The position numbers were made by a program, and so were the translations under genes. A DNA stretch of 63,607 bases from Fimicolochytrium jonesii (taxonomy: Eukaryota), in assembly GCF_025526975.1 (NCBI RefSeq), contig NW_026515688.1, forward strand, positions 496,001 through 559,607, read 5' to 3'. Numbering within the stretch: position 1 is the stretch's first letter; each line of letters begins with the position of its first letter. Positions 38,150 to 49,729 of this stretch are shown here, piece after piece. Under the pieces are notes generated by a model, which did no database searches, had not been told where the DNA came from, and saw nothing but the letters and a program-made list of their open reading frames with translations.

Positions 38150-40101
38150 CTACTTTTTGATGACATCGAAGTCGGCAGGGGGCAAGATGATGCCGTAGAT
38201 GACGGCTAGAGCTTCCATGATACCCGCGATGAATTGCAGCAGGAACGTCAGTGGGATCCTGGCCAACATGATCAAGGGATTTACCCTCTTGTCCATGTCC
38301 TGTACGAGGATACCGATGAGGTACAAGTACACGAAGACACAGAAAGAGAAATCCTTGATGAGACCGAACCACCGAGGGGTCAGAAGACCCTTGTAGACGA
38401 TACCGAGAGGAATGGAAGCGATGGTGGTGGCGAGACAGACGATACCGAGGGTCCAGAAGGTAGCCCAAAGCTTGGGAAGGAAGGCAGGAAGACGGCGAAT
38501 ACCGACATACCAACGACGACGTTGCTTGAGGAAACCGATCAAGTCCAGAGGGGACTGTTCACGAATGATTCCCGGCACTTTACCGCACTTGTAGCCCATT
38601 TCCCAGGCGTGGACGGCAAACTGGAAATCTTCCGTGAGGGATCCCAAATCCCAGGTAATGGAGTTTTCGACTTGACCGTTGCTGAGCAGGAAGGAACCGT
38701 GGGCACCGAAGACGGGACGACGGAAGTAGGTGTATTGAAGATGGAAACGAGACAGGTCATCTCCGACACGGATGGCATCGGCGACGGTGAAGATCCAGTT
38801 CGACCAGTAGCGGTATTGGTTGTACATGATGACACCTTGTCCCCAAGTGCATTCGCGTTCGTACCAGATGAACTCCAGCACACGCTTGACGGATTCGTCA
38901 TCGATGACGGACTCTTCGTCCAAATGCAGGACCCAATCGTGCTCAGTGTACCTCATTGTTTGACGGTACCACTCGAGAGCGCGAGCCTTGTACTTGGAGT
39001 TGGCGGTCCTGAAGTTCTTGGGGCAGGTGTAGCAGTTGATGTTCTCGAAGAAGTACGGCTCATCGGTCAAAACGTGGACACGCACACAGGGGTGCAAACG
39101 CTCAAGGTGCTTGTGAGCGTTCCATGATCGGTAAACAGCTTCACGATTGTCTCCCTTCGTCACCGTAAGAATGTACAAGTTGTCCACTCGGCGCTTGGGC
39201 ATGTCGCTGTCGTAGATGAACTTCGGGGTTCGGAAAGGCAGGGCGAGACCGAAGAAGCAGATGAGAGTGTAGGGGATGGGAAGCAACCAACCTAGAGCGC
39301 AAAAGATACAGAGAAAGGTCAGAGCTGATACGTAGACCCCGACTTTCCCATGCCGTACATACCAAGCTTCCAATAGCAAGTGAAGTTCCACAGCTCAGCA
39401 TCAGTGTACGTGTAATCCCAAATGTGGAAAGTGAAGGCGTATGTAGCTCCAAGGATGATGACAACGTGCATGATCCATGCTTCGGCAAGGAAGGCCATAA
39501 CAAACTTGGTGTTTCCCTTGTTGGTACGTTCGCCGTTCTCATCCAGAAGAGCGTACGACATGCCAGGGACGTTGGGGTTGGCTGAGCTGCCATCGCGCAA
39601 AGACTTGCCATCGGCGTCCTGCTGACGGCCACCACGGAAAGCGGGTCCGGCCCTATACGATTCAAGCAAAATAGGAGGTAAGAAACTGGACATTTCAGGC
39701 CGTGGGAAAAAAAGCGGTTTCTCAAGGAATTACCTGGCCTCTGGAGTGTCTTCGACAACAGTTCCGTCACTCTCACTGGCCGAGTCGTCCCACTGGTTCT
39801 GGTACGGGGCCTGAGGAGGCGGTATCCTGGGGTTCACCTGCTGAGGGTGTGCGTAAGACGAGCTCGATGGGCCCTGGTACGGAATGCTGGCGCTCTGGAC
39901 CGGGCTGTGGTATGGCAGGTTCTGCTGGTTGACCGTCTGCTGCTGGGGAGCACGAAAGGACTTTGCTTGTGGTGGTGCCGGAGCGTACTCACTGACAGGC
40001 CTGGCGCCGGACGACGACGGTCCAGGCTGCGGGAGGGGCTTCGGGTAGCCGGGATGCTGCGGCGGGGGGACACCCCATTGCTGGGAGGATGAGCTGCTCA
40101 T
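38150..40101 (-). CDS. GT2 glycosyltransferase, egghead (beta-1,4-mannosyltransferase)-like, 3 exons
   Basis: YKARALE, LHLDEES, DAIRVGDD, HGSFLL, SLTED, QRRRW, plus multiple TM helices. Confidence 0.85.
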
Positions 40102-40935
40102 CGTTGCTCAACGGCAGATCTCTTTCTGGTGTGGAAGAGAGATGGGTCGTCGCCAAGCGATGCGAGAGAAGCCTTTTGTTCTGCTTGAGGAATCAGATGT
40201 GGGAAAAGGGGTGGGAAAAGGCACAGGTTGACGTACGGCCGCTGTTTTTGTTCTCTTTCCTTTCGTCGCCTGCGCCGCTTCGCAGCCTCTTGCAGCCTCT
40301 GACTCCCGCTTTGCTTGGCCTCGGCTTGGTATCACAAGCAGTCTGCCCCTTTCCTGATGGAATCGGGCAGGGAGGGAGCAAAATCTGCAGCGCCTTCTCC
40401 GCGACCGTGGTCCGAGGTGGGGGGCACTATCTGCTAAGTTCAGCACTTACGCGGTGGTTATGTTTGGTTGGATCATGGATGCAGAACGGGATCCCGGCTG
40501 GGGAATATTCAAATTAAATATTATGGAGGAGAATCGAGATAGCCGTTGAAACGTCACCGCCTTGTTGTTTGGCCGCACTATTTTATTCGCTTGCACATGT
40601 GATTGCACGCCACCAATGATTAATTCCCTTGTGCTGTCATCGCGTCGTGTCCACATTTGTGACGGCGTCCAAACTTCCAAAGGTGGTCAAAGGTGTCCCC
40701 GTGAGGAAGTGAGGAAAGTGCTCGACTTGCAAAGTGAGAATAACTGAGGCGTAGAGTCCCATTGGAAAGGTCCAGAACTGGTGTTAGCATCGTCAAGAAT
40801 CCGGCCGGTTATATACTCTCGTACGGAAGGTCTTCTTCAATAACGTTTGTCGCTGTGTGTAAACCTTCAGTGTAAGGGCAGACGATGATGGAAACGAACA
40901 GCAGCAAACAAGCTATGCTAAAACACATCGTTTAG

Positions 40936-43900
40936 ATGGCGCAATCTCCGCTACTTCACATACCGACCAAGCGAACGGACGAGGTCGAGCTCTCGGGAGC
41001 TTTCAAAACCTACATCGCGAACGTCTACCAAGATGATCCCGAAAAGTACGCATCGGAGATCGCCACATTGTATCGGCTTCGCCAAGACACTCGTGGCGCT
41101 GGAAAGGACATCACTGGGCGAGATATTCTGTATCGATACTATGGTCAGCTAGAGCTTCTGGATCTTCGGTTTCCTGTTGACGAGAAACACGTCAAAATCT
41201 TATTCACATGGTATGGTGTTTGTGTTTATGGACGAGAAAGTCGCCTTAACTGATCAACTATGGAACACGCACACAGGTTTGATGCATTTACGCAGAAACC
41301 TATCTCCCAATACTCTATCGCATATGAGAAGGCCTGCACCATCTTCAACATCGCAGCAACATGTTCCTCGATTGGTGCCCTTCAAAATCGATTTGAGGCT
41401 TCAGGGCTGAAGATGGCATTCAACTATTTCCAAGCTGCCGCAGGCTTATTCCTGTACATCAATGACAACTTCCTACACGCGCCATCTGTCGATCTTTCAC
41501 GCGACTCTATCAAAACACTGGTTGATCTGATGCTTGGGCAGGCCCAAGAGTGTTTCATGGAAAAGGTGCTCCTTGAGAAAAAGAAAGGTGCACTAGTCGC
41601 CAAATTGGCGGCCCAGGCATCGCACGTGTATCAGAGTGTCGCGGACGGGATTATGAGTGAAAGCATCCGAGGTCAATTCGATCGTGCATGGGTCGAGTTG
41701 GTGAAGGTCAGTCTTTGAGCATACATTATCGCTGATTTGTGTCCTATCTGGAACTCATCGTCGATCTTCAGGTCAAAGTAAAGTACTTTCAATCCCTGGC
41801 GCTCTATCACAAGTCGATACAAGCGGAATCCGATACCAAATACGGAGACTCCGTGGCTTACTTGACGTCGGCCGAGGCGGTTGCAAAGGAAGCCATGAAG
41901 ATGGCCACAGCCTTCTCAGGGTCGTTCCCTTCCTTCACGACATCCACCATCACCAACACATCCTCAGGCGGAGGTTCGTCCGGACACACGACTGCCGCTG
42001 CGGCCGCACTTCTGGAAGCCACCAAGACGAACCTGAATGTGATCAGTGAAAAGAAAGCGGTGGCTATCAAAGACAACGATATGATCTATCATGAATCCGT
42101 TCCCAAAGTTGAGACTCTGCCTCCCGTCGAAAAGCTCAACGCTGTCAAACCTACTAGCTTTGCCGACATCTGCGCCAACGGTCAAGCTGATATTCCCAAA
42201 ATCATTGGTCCGGATATCTTTCAAAAGTTGGTGCCGCTGTCGGTCCACGAGTCTGCATCTATGTACTCCGAAGAGAAGGCAAAAGTTCTGCGTAGTGAAC
42301 AGGAAAGGGTGGAATCTGCCAATGAAGAGCTTCAGGCCACACTAGAGTCGTTGAACCTTGTCCCAATCTTGGAGAAACTCAAACGACTGGCCAAATCGCC
42401 CGGCGCGCAACCCGAATCCTTGGCGGTTCCCGACGAAGTCTTGTTCTGGAACAAGACAATACAGGGAACAGAGCTTGGGAATTCCAGTACGGATGAGCTG
42501 CTTATGACGATTGATGGAGCAAAGCGACGGGTCCGGGAGATGCTGGATGAGTCGGGCCTTCTACTTGACAAGGAGCAACATGAATGCGAAGCCATGCGGG
42601 TATGTCCTTTATGCTGAACCCTAGCGTTATGCATCTTGCGCTCATGAAAAAGCTGGCCTGCAGGTGAAGTACGGTGATCTTTGGACTCAAGAACCCTCGG
42701 CGCACCGTACTGGAAAGATGCGGGACGATCTCCGACACCATCGCGAGTCATTAGAGAAGGCGGCTGGGACGGATACACTGCTCTTGTCCGGATTAGACCA
42801 GTCAAAGCAGATCGTCGACGTCCTTCGGAGACCCAGTGACGACGTGCAGACGTGCTTTGTGGATCAGTTGATCTCGATGGGCCCTTCGAAAGCGGGCCAG
42901 AAAGTGGGAAATCTGATCGATGGTGCCGATAGCGATGGTGCCGGACTGGGCGTTCTCGATGAGCAAGTTCTGATTCAGAAGGTGGATGGACTTCTTTCGA
43001 GACTGCGAGGCTTGAAGAGGGATCGCGAGGGTATCGTGGTTGAGCTGAAGACAAAGGTAATGCAGAAGTGATGGCTTGTTGTATATACCTGAACAAACGT
43101 AACTGATGTCCGCTTCACAACAACCAGCTCCACGAAGATGACATTTCGTCCTTGTTGCTGCTCAACAAAAACAAGGAGAGCCAGGTGTTCCAAACCGAGC
43201 TTTCAAAGTTCAAACCGTTGCAGGGAAGACTAAGTGCAAACCTGCAAACGCACTCGCAGTTCTTGAGAGATCTGGCAACAGACTTCTCCAAGCTCGAACA
43301 ATCATCCCAGTCGATAAAGAATCTGGATTTGATCGACAAACACAGGAGCTCGTTGGTCAAGGAATGGGGTCGGGCCTACGAGCAATGGAAAGAGGCCCAC
43401 GATGGGTTGAAGAGAGGTGTCGAATTTTACACGAGCCTGTCAAACCTTGTGGAAACATTGCGATCGTCGGTGCTGGATTTCGTGCGTCGCAGAGACGAGG
43501 AGCGGGTGCAACTGGCGAAACGAGTGGAGGAGCTTGACGCTGAGCGACGACAGCGCACCTTGCGGGAGCAATTGCAAAAGCTCAACGTTGGCCTGCCTCC
43601 CACGCCTACAGCCGGTCCAGGGCCTATGTCGCCTGGGCCGATGTCTCCGCCTCCTCAGCAACAATTTCCGCCGCCATTGCCAGCAGGTGCTTCTTACCAT
43701 TCGCCGGTATCGGCGCCCCCTTCTCAGCAAGCACCACAACCTGTCGTACCCCCAAACTGGCAACAAGGACCCCAGAGTCCTCCATCCGGGCCTGGAAGTT
43801 ACCCGCCCAATGCTCACCAGCAGTTTCCTTCCAGTCCTCCAAGTGTTGCCGGACGTGGTGATGTTCAACCGTTTGCACCGCCGCCACCGTCCCCACATCC

Positions 43901-45185
43901 AAGTAGTACGTCGCCCACCGGCTACTTCTCAGGACATCAGCGATCTGCGCCGCCAAATGTGCAGTACACGAACCCAGTTTCCCAGCCCGGATATCAAGGA
44001 CCGACTCCGTACCAGACCAACGCACCGCAGCCAGGACCCTCGTCTGCTCCTCCGGGACAAGTATCATATCAAACGGCGCCACCGCAGGCATTGCATGGAC
44101 AAGTCTCTCAGGCCCAGGGATACTACCAGGCCGCCTCCCCCAGTGGACCGACGGCGGGTGGATATCATCAGCCGCACCAGGCAGGGCCTGGATATCCGCC
44201 TCAAAGTCAGCCGGGACCCGCACCAGGCCCACAGTCGTACCAACCTCCGCAAGCTGCTTCGCAGTACCAGCCAGCTCAGCAGTATTCGAGGCCGCCTCCC
44301 TCTTACGGCGCCCCTGCGCCTGCTCCTGTCTCTAACCCTCCGCCTGGACCTTCGTACCGGCCGACAAGTCATCCTGGATACGCACCAGTGTCCGCAGCGC
44401 CGTCCATTCCTCCGAAGGTGTATCAGGAGCCTCCACGGCCTAGTACGGTGCCACAAGGCGGTGCGCAAGGGTATAGCGCTCCTCCGATTCCACCCAAACC
44501 TGGCTACGCTCAACCAGGATATGGTGGGGCTGCGCAGTATTCTCAGCCGCCGCAACATCCGGGATATGTGTCGCAAGCTGGCGGTGCGCCATATGGTCAA
44601 CCTCCGGCGGCAGGGCATCCTGGTGGGTACGCGCATGCCGCGCCCCCGAGTCAGTATCAGCAACCAGGCTATGGCAACCCACCTCCGCAGCCACAACCTG
44701 GGCAGAGTTACTACCATAGTCAACCTTATCAGCAGCCTCCTGCTGGACAAATTCAACAACCGCCTGCTCAACCCAATCCCTATCAAGGCCAGCAAACTCA
44801 ACAATATCAGCCGAGGCCTCAACAGGCTCCTGGACCCCTACAACACGCTTCCCAACCCCAACATGCTCCCCAGCCGCAACATCCCGGCGGTGCTCCTCCA
44901 CCGCGACAGCAGTATGCCCAGGCCTATGAACAGCCCTACGGTTCGCAGCCGCAGTACGCACAGCCCCCCCAGCAGGGTCCTTCAGGCCAAGTACCGTACG
45001 GAGGAGCACCTTCAGCGCAGTACGGAGCTTCTGACCAGCAGCAACAACAATACCAACAACCGCAGTACCAACAACAACAGCAGTATCCGCAGCAGCCATA
45101 CCAACAACCTCTACAGCCTCAGCAGGCGCCGCAGCCGCCGGCGGGGCAATGGCCGCAGCAAAGAGCGAACTCGTTGCTGGATTGA
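40936..45185 (+). CDS. BRO1: BRO1/ALIX-family ESCRT accessory protein (Bro1 domain, V domain, P/Q-rich tail), multi-exon
   Basis: GRDILYRYYGQLELLDLRFP, SQYSIAYEKACTIFN, NFLHAPSVDLS, IGPDIFQKLVP. Confidence 0.9.
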
Positions 45186-45621
45186 GGTGATCGATCTGGG
45201 CGGAACTTTTGCGTAATTTGTTTTTCCGCCACAGCGTTTTGCGTGTTAGGTAGTGTCGCGCGAAAAAAAGGGCTGCGGTGTCCCAGCTTTTGCTACCCTT
45301 CATTTTTTTTTGATTTGTATAGTAGCGCTATATTGCTGCAACAGAATCTTTCCCGAGAGCTTTCTCTACCAATATTTGATCGTATGGTTCGTATGCGAGA
45401 TATAAGTAATCGAAAATAACGATATCAAATCCTTCTGCTCCCGTCTACTCAAGTCCGAACCTATGGTCCGCTTTCTCACCACCATTACACGGCAAGTGGT
45501 GATGAGAAATCTATATCTCTATGTGGGTATACGCCAAAAGGGGCTGCTCAACTCTCCCGCGAATGGGATAGGTCCGCCCCGTCGAGTCATTTTGCAAGGG
45601 TGACAGCTTCCGATCGCGCTC

Positions 45622-46788
45622 CTAGTTGTCGTTCGCCTCGTCCTCCTCCAATAATACGACATCCCAATCGAACTCCTCATCCGTATCTTCATCGTCTTTC
45701 CCGGCCAGTCGTTGTGCTCGAGCTGCCTGCCTATGCTGCCCATCGCTCAACCACTTCTCCTTCTGCCCCTCTGGCAAGTACCCTAACCGTCCATTCACAT
45801 GTCGCAGTATCCTAGTAGCCCCGTTATCCGGATAGTACATAAATGTACCAAACTCCTTCCACGCAGCCAGCTTCCCCTGAACATCTTTCGGCGCTTTAAT
45901 GGTGTTCAGCATGTGTTGCCCATAGGTGTCTTCGATGAAGTCGCCCCTCCGAAAGAACTTCTGGCCAAAGATGTTCTCTTTGTAATGTGCTGACTCACAC
46001 AGATGCGGTTTGTCATAGAAGAAAAACAAGGGTGTCACGGGTATGGAGTATGCGCACGGTATTGAGCAGGGCAGATCGTTATGGCGTTTGCGATGTGTAT
46101 AGTCCAGGGAGCGCACCGATGGGAACGTGATGTACTTGACATCCGATGAATTGTCAATCATCAGCTGAACCAGCTCTGCAACCGGGACATCGTGGATGAA
46201 AGCCCAGTCGTGCTGCAACACCAGTGTATACGGCGTTTGGACGTATTGCAAAGCCGCCCGCACCGCCAGCGCAAATCCCAGATTTTCCTTCGCGCGGATA
46301 GTGCGGAGGGGCATGTGGGACGTTGTTGTGGATTTGAGCGTGTACATCACGGCTGGAATCCCTAGTCTGGGACCCGCTAGGACTTTTACGTCTTCTGCGC
46401 TCCACAGGTATTCCTCTCCCGTCTTCCTAGCGACCCATTGTCGCAAAACGTCCAGAGCCGCAACGTAAAACTCCTCGTACGCTTCTGCTCGGGGAAAGGC
46501 ACACACGTTAGCTCTTGTGTATGAACAAGCGTTGAAGCTCCCGACAAACGCAAACGTACTTGACAGAGTATCGCTAACCCACCCTTGCTTCAGCCTTTGA
46601 TTGCTGCTGGTCTTATAACCGTCGAAGAAAACTGTCAAACTGCATTTCTCAAGGCCCGACGAGTGCCGCAATGATGCTAAAACCGTTTCTATGAGGGTCG
46701 TTTGAGGATGGAATGGCGAGGGCGAGGTCGTGAGGAGGAGTGTCACCTGGTCCGGTAGTGACAAGGTACTGGCCGCATCGCTGGGCAT
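45622..46788 (-). CDS. Uncharacterised GT-A-fold glycosyltransferase-like protein
   Basis: NLGFALAVRAALQYVQTPYTLVLQHDW resembles the GT-A DxD-region strand; probably one in-frame intron. Confidence 0.55.
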   Translation of the reverse strand: MPSDAASTLSLPDQVTLLLTTSPSPFHPQTTLIETVLASLRHSSGLEKCSLTVFFDGYKTSSNQRLKQGWVSDTLSSTFAFVGSFNACSYTRANVCAFPRAEAYEEFYVAALDVLRQWVARKTGEEYLWSAEDVKVLAGPRLGIPAVMYTLKSTTTSHMPLRTIRAKENLGFALAVRAALQYVQTPYTLVLQHDWAFIHDVPVAELVQLMIDNSSDVKYITFPSVRSLDYTHRKRHNDLPCSIPCAYSIPVTPLFFFYDKPHLCESAHYKENIFGQKFFRRGDFIEDTYGQHMLNTIKAPKDVQGKLAAWKEFGTFMYYPDNGATRILRHVNGRLGYLPEGQKEKWLSDGQHRQAARAQRLAGKDDEDTDEEFDWDVVLLEEDEANDN

Positions 46789-47170
46789 GGTGAATGGAGG
46801 ATTTCAATTTCAAAAAAAAAAACGAGGAAGCGCGCGGATTTCGTGTCCGGTTCGGGATTTCCCCGTTTGCTTTGCAAAAGCCGAGCCAACGACCCCGCAT
46901 CAATGTCTCGGCTTGACGCTCCCATCACTGTCTCACGGACGTTCTTATTACTGTCCTCGGTGGACATCAAGAAGTGAATACCTCCGCACAACTGGGATCT
47001 GGAGGTGCTGCTCGTCCCAATTCCATGACAAGTCTTTTATATACGGACATACGGGGATGTTTGGATTTGGACAAGGGACACTGAACTCGAGAGATCATGC
47101 CTTGAAGTTTGAGCGGACGGACTACTCCGATCTTGTGGGACAATTGTGACAGAACCAAACAGTTTAGATG

Positions 47171-47680
47171 AGATGTCCTCCCTATGGTTTTTCTCAACCG
47201 CAATGATCACATAGTGACCAGGATTGGAAGGGCGAGCCCAACCTCCATCACGGAAGAGATATAGAATATAGGGGAGCGCCATATGGGACTGCTTCGGAGC
47301 TTGCCCAAAACGCTGGCACACACACACGCCGGAGCGCGGCATGCCGTTGCCAAAGCGAAGTCCTCTACATGTCCCGACATTGATTTTCGATGCACTGACA
47401 GCGAACTATACACCACGGAAGAGCGATCAGAATGCGAAGGAAGAAGCCGAAGCTCCTTCTCGCCTCCCAGTGTGCTTCTGAGCCAGCTAGAAGTAAATTC
47501 ACATCGGTTCGAACAGAATAGCCTGACACCCTAGACGCTGCTACTTTGTGAAGGAACCCTGCTGTGGAAGAGGGACATGCCGGGCAAACGATATTCGTGC
47601 GAGTTACCGAAAAGGAGTTGGCTGGGCGATGAGATCTCCGTTGGGGTCCCTGTGCGAAGGTTGGTGGTGTTGTTGAAGAA
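47171..47680 (-). ncRNA. snR30: snR30/U17 box H/ACA snoRNA
   Basis: Minus-strand 3' hairpin CTCCCCTAT/ATAGGGAG holds m1-like ATATTCTA (47262-69) and m2 AAACCAT (47184-90). m2 lies 7 nt before ACA+3 nt (ACATCT). 5' hairpin AGGGACCC/GGGTTCCT is followed by H box AAAGTA (47542-47). TATAAAAG at 47709-16. The 5' end is approximate. Confidence 0.8.
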
Positions 47681-47751
47681 ACTGAGTACGTTTCAGCGAG
47701 ACAGCGTCCTTTTATACGTGCTGTGGGGCAGCTCGATAAGTCCGACGCGAC

Positions 47752-47874
47752 CGGGTCACGTGAGTGGCTTGTCAGGCATGGTGGCACACAATCAGCTCAT
47801 CTTGAGGTGGTCGCCATGGCAACGCATCTCAAATGACAGTCGGGGGCGATCAACACCGGCTGGGTCACGTGAGT
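47752..47874. promoter_or_regulatory. Shared snR30/RPL13 promoter: two GGGTCACGTGAGT E-box motifs flanking an RFX X-box-like GTCGCCATGGCAAC
   Basis: Identical 13-mers at ~47752 and ~47862; X-box consensus match at 47810-47823. Confidence 0.45.
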
Positions 47875-48468
47875 AGGCACTCAGAGATCGCTGGCGGACG
47901 GCGTTTGAAGCGTTTTCCCCTCCCTTTTCTTTTGGCCTTAGGCACATCCGCGAGATTCTCTTCGTGGTCGCACACCTTAATTAAGGACAGGTACGTAGGT
48001 CTGACTTTTCTAGCCGTCGTTATACCCGTCAAAAGTCCGCAGAGGGCATTCAGGCGGGTCGATCGAGGAAAAGGAACGAAATTAGACCTGGGAGAGATTG
48101 GGAGAAGAGCAAACGCGAACTTCGCCTATGAATTGCACCTTAGTGGGAAGGCCGAGTGGGAAACCTGGAAGGAGGGGGACTCTGACAGGCTGATGGTTGG
48201 ATTTTTTGGGGGAAAGAAAGCTGGAATTAGCACCGATTCTCGAGACACTCCATGGAGCGAGGCAGCAGCTGACGGACCAAGGAAGGGGTGGGAACGGCTG
48301 GGAGAGGCTCGCGAGGTTGGAGTTGACAGCTGAGGATACCTAGCGATTACTGGGCAATGGGGAGCTGATGACAGCTACTGGCGGAACGTTGACACACGGA
48401 GGCATATGGATTCGCATGCAGTGGGATTCTGACTTGCATTCTCCCTTTCTTGCGCGACAATAGCCAAA

Positions 48469-49238
48469 ATGAAGCACAACAACGTATTGCCTAACCAGCA
48501 CTTCCGCAAGGACTGGCAGCTCCACGTTCGCACGTGGTTCGACCAGCCTGGCAAGAAGAAGTCCCGTCGTGTGCAAAGGATCAAGAAGGCTGCTCGCGTG
48601 GCTCCCCGCCCCGTTGATGGTCTCCTTCGCCCCGCTGTCCGCGGTCAGACCGTGAAGTACAACATGAAGCTTCGTGCTGGTCGTGGTTTCACTTTGGAGG
48701 AGCTGAAGGTAAAACAGTCGCATACGGAGGAGGATTATTGCAACGGGTTATTGATGCATGACTTGTCTCGAACGTAGGCTGCTGGTGTCCGCCGCAAGGA
48801 GGCTCGCTCCATCGGCATCGCTGTGGACCACCGTCGCAAGAACCGCTCCACGGAGGGTCTTGAGGCCAACGTTCAGCGTTTGAAGGAGTACAGCGCTCGT
48901 TTGATCGTCTTCCCCAAGAAGGCTAACAAGCCCAAGAAGGGTGACGCTGATGTAAGTTTTGGAGCGATGTTTGCCGCGCTTGCTGCTCAGACACCTGCTT
49001 GAGCGCTGACACTCACATATCACCACAGGCCGCCGCCGTCTCTGGCGCTACTCAACTCCGCGGAGCCATTCTTCCTATTGTTCAACCCGCCGCCACCGAG
49101 ACCGAGCGCAAGATCGGTGAGGCCCCTAAGGTCCACGCGTACGCTGCCCTCCGCAAGGCTCGCTCCGACAAGAAGCTCAAGGGTGTCAGGGAAGCCCGCA
49201 TCAAGGCGAAGGAAGAGGAGGAGAAGGCCAAGAAGTAA
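48469..49238 (+). CDS. RPL13: 60S ribosomal protein eL13, 3 coding exons; probable 5'UTR intron 47991-48463
   Basis: [30 protein letters not shown]..., [23 protein letters not shown]. Confidence 0.97.
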
Positions 49239-49729
49239 AGAAACTATATCTCTAGGTCTTGTAAATACAATATATGGGCTCAACGGACTGATATCTCAAT
49301 CGGGGGCTGGAGGATTGATTGGCGGCAGTACGACCCTGTAGGCAGACGGCGGGGGCGTCCTTGGTGAGGGATCCAGAGTGACGGCGGTCGGTGTCTCGAA
49401 GACGGGGAGTGTGTGTCGAGTTTGTCAAGTGTCAAATTTCAATGTGCTTGCTGATGACGGAGCGTGTACTGTAACAGAACGGCGGACGCCCAATTTCTGA
49501 CCTTTCGACGAATTACAGAGCACACCCCATCTTCCCCCCATCTGCCAGGTTTGACCCTTGCGCGAAAGCAGCCCTTCCCAGGAAGTCGGAAGTTGTGTGC
49601 CATAACAAGCCCTGTAAGTAAGCTTGATAGCCCTGCCTGTAGATCATCCTGGCATTGTCACTACTCGGAAGGTTCTAAAGTATATTCCATGTTCGCCGAC
49701 AGCCTAGACACGATCACTGTCCGTCGAAA

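Noticed and set aside
43417..45303. Long alternative-frame and antisense ORFs (599, 287 and 252 aa) over BRO1
   Set aside because: These are shadows of the low-complexity P/Q-rich coding frame. The same applies to ORFs 30249..31373, 38234..39127 and 20383..21084.
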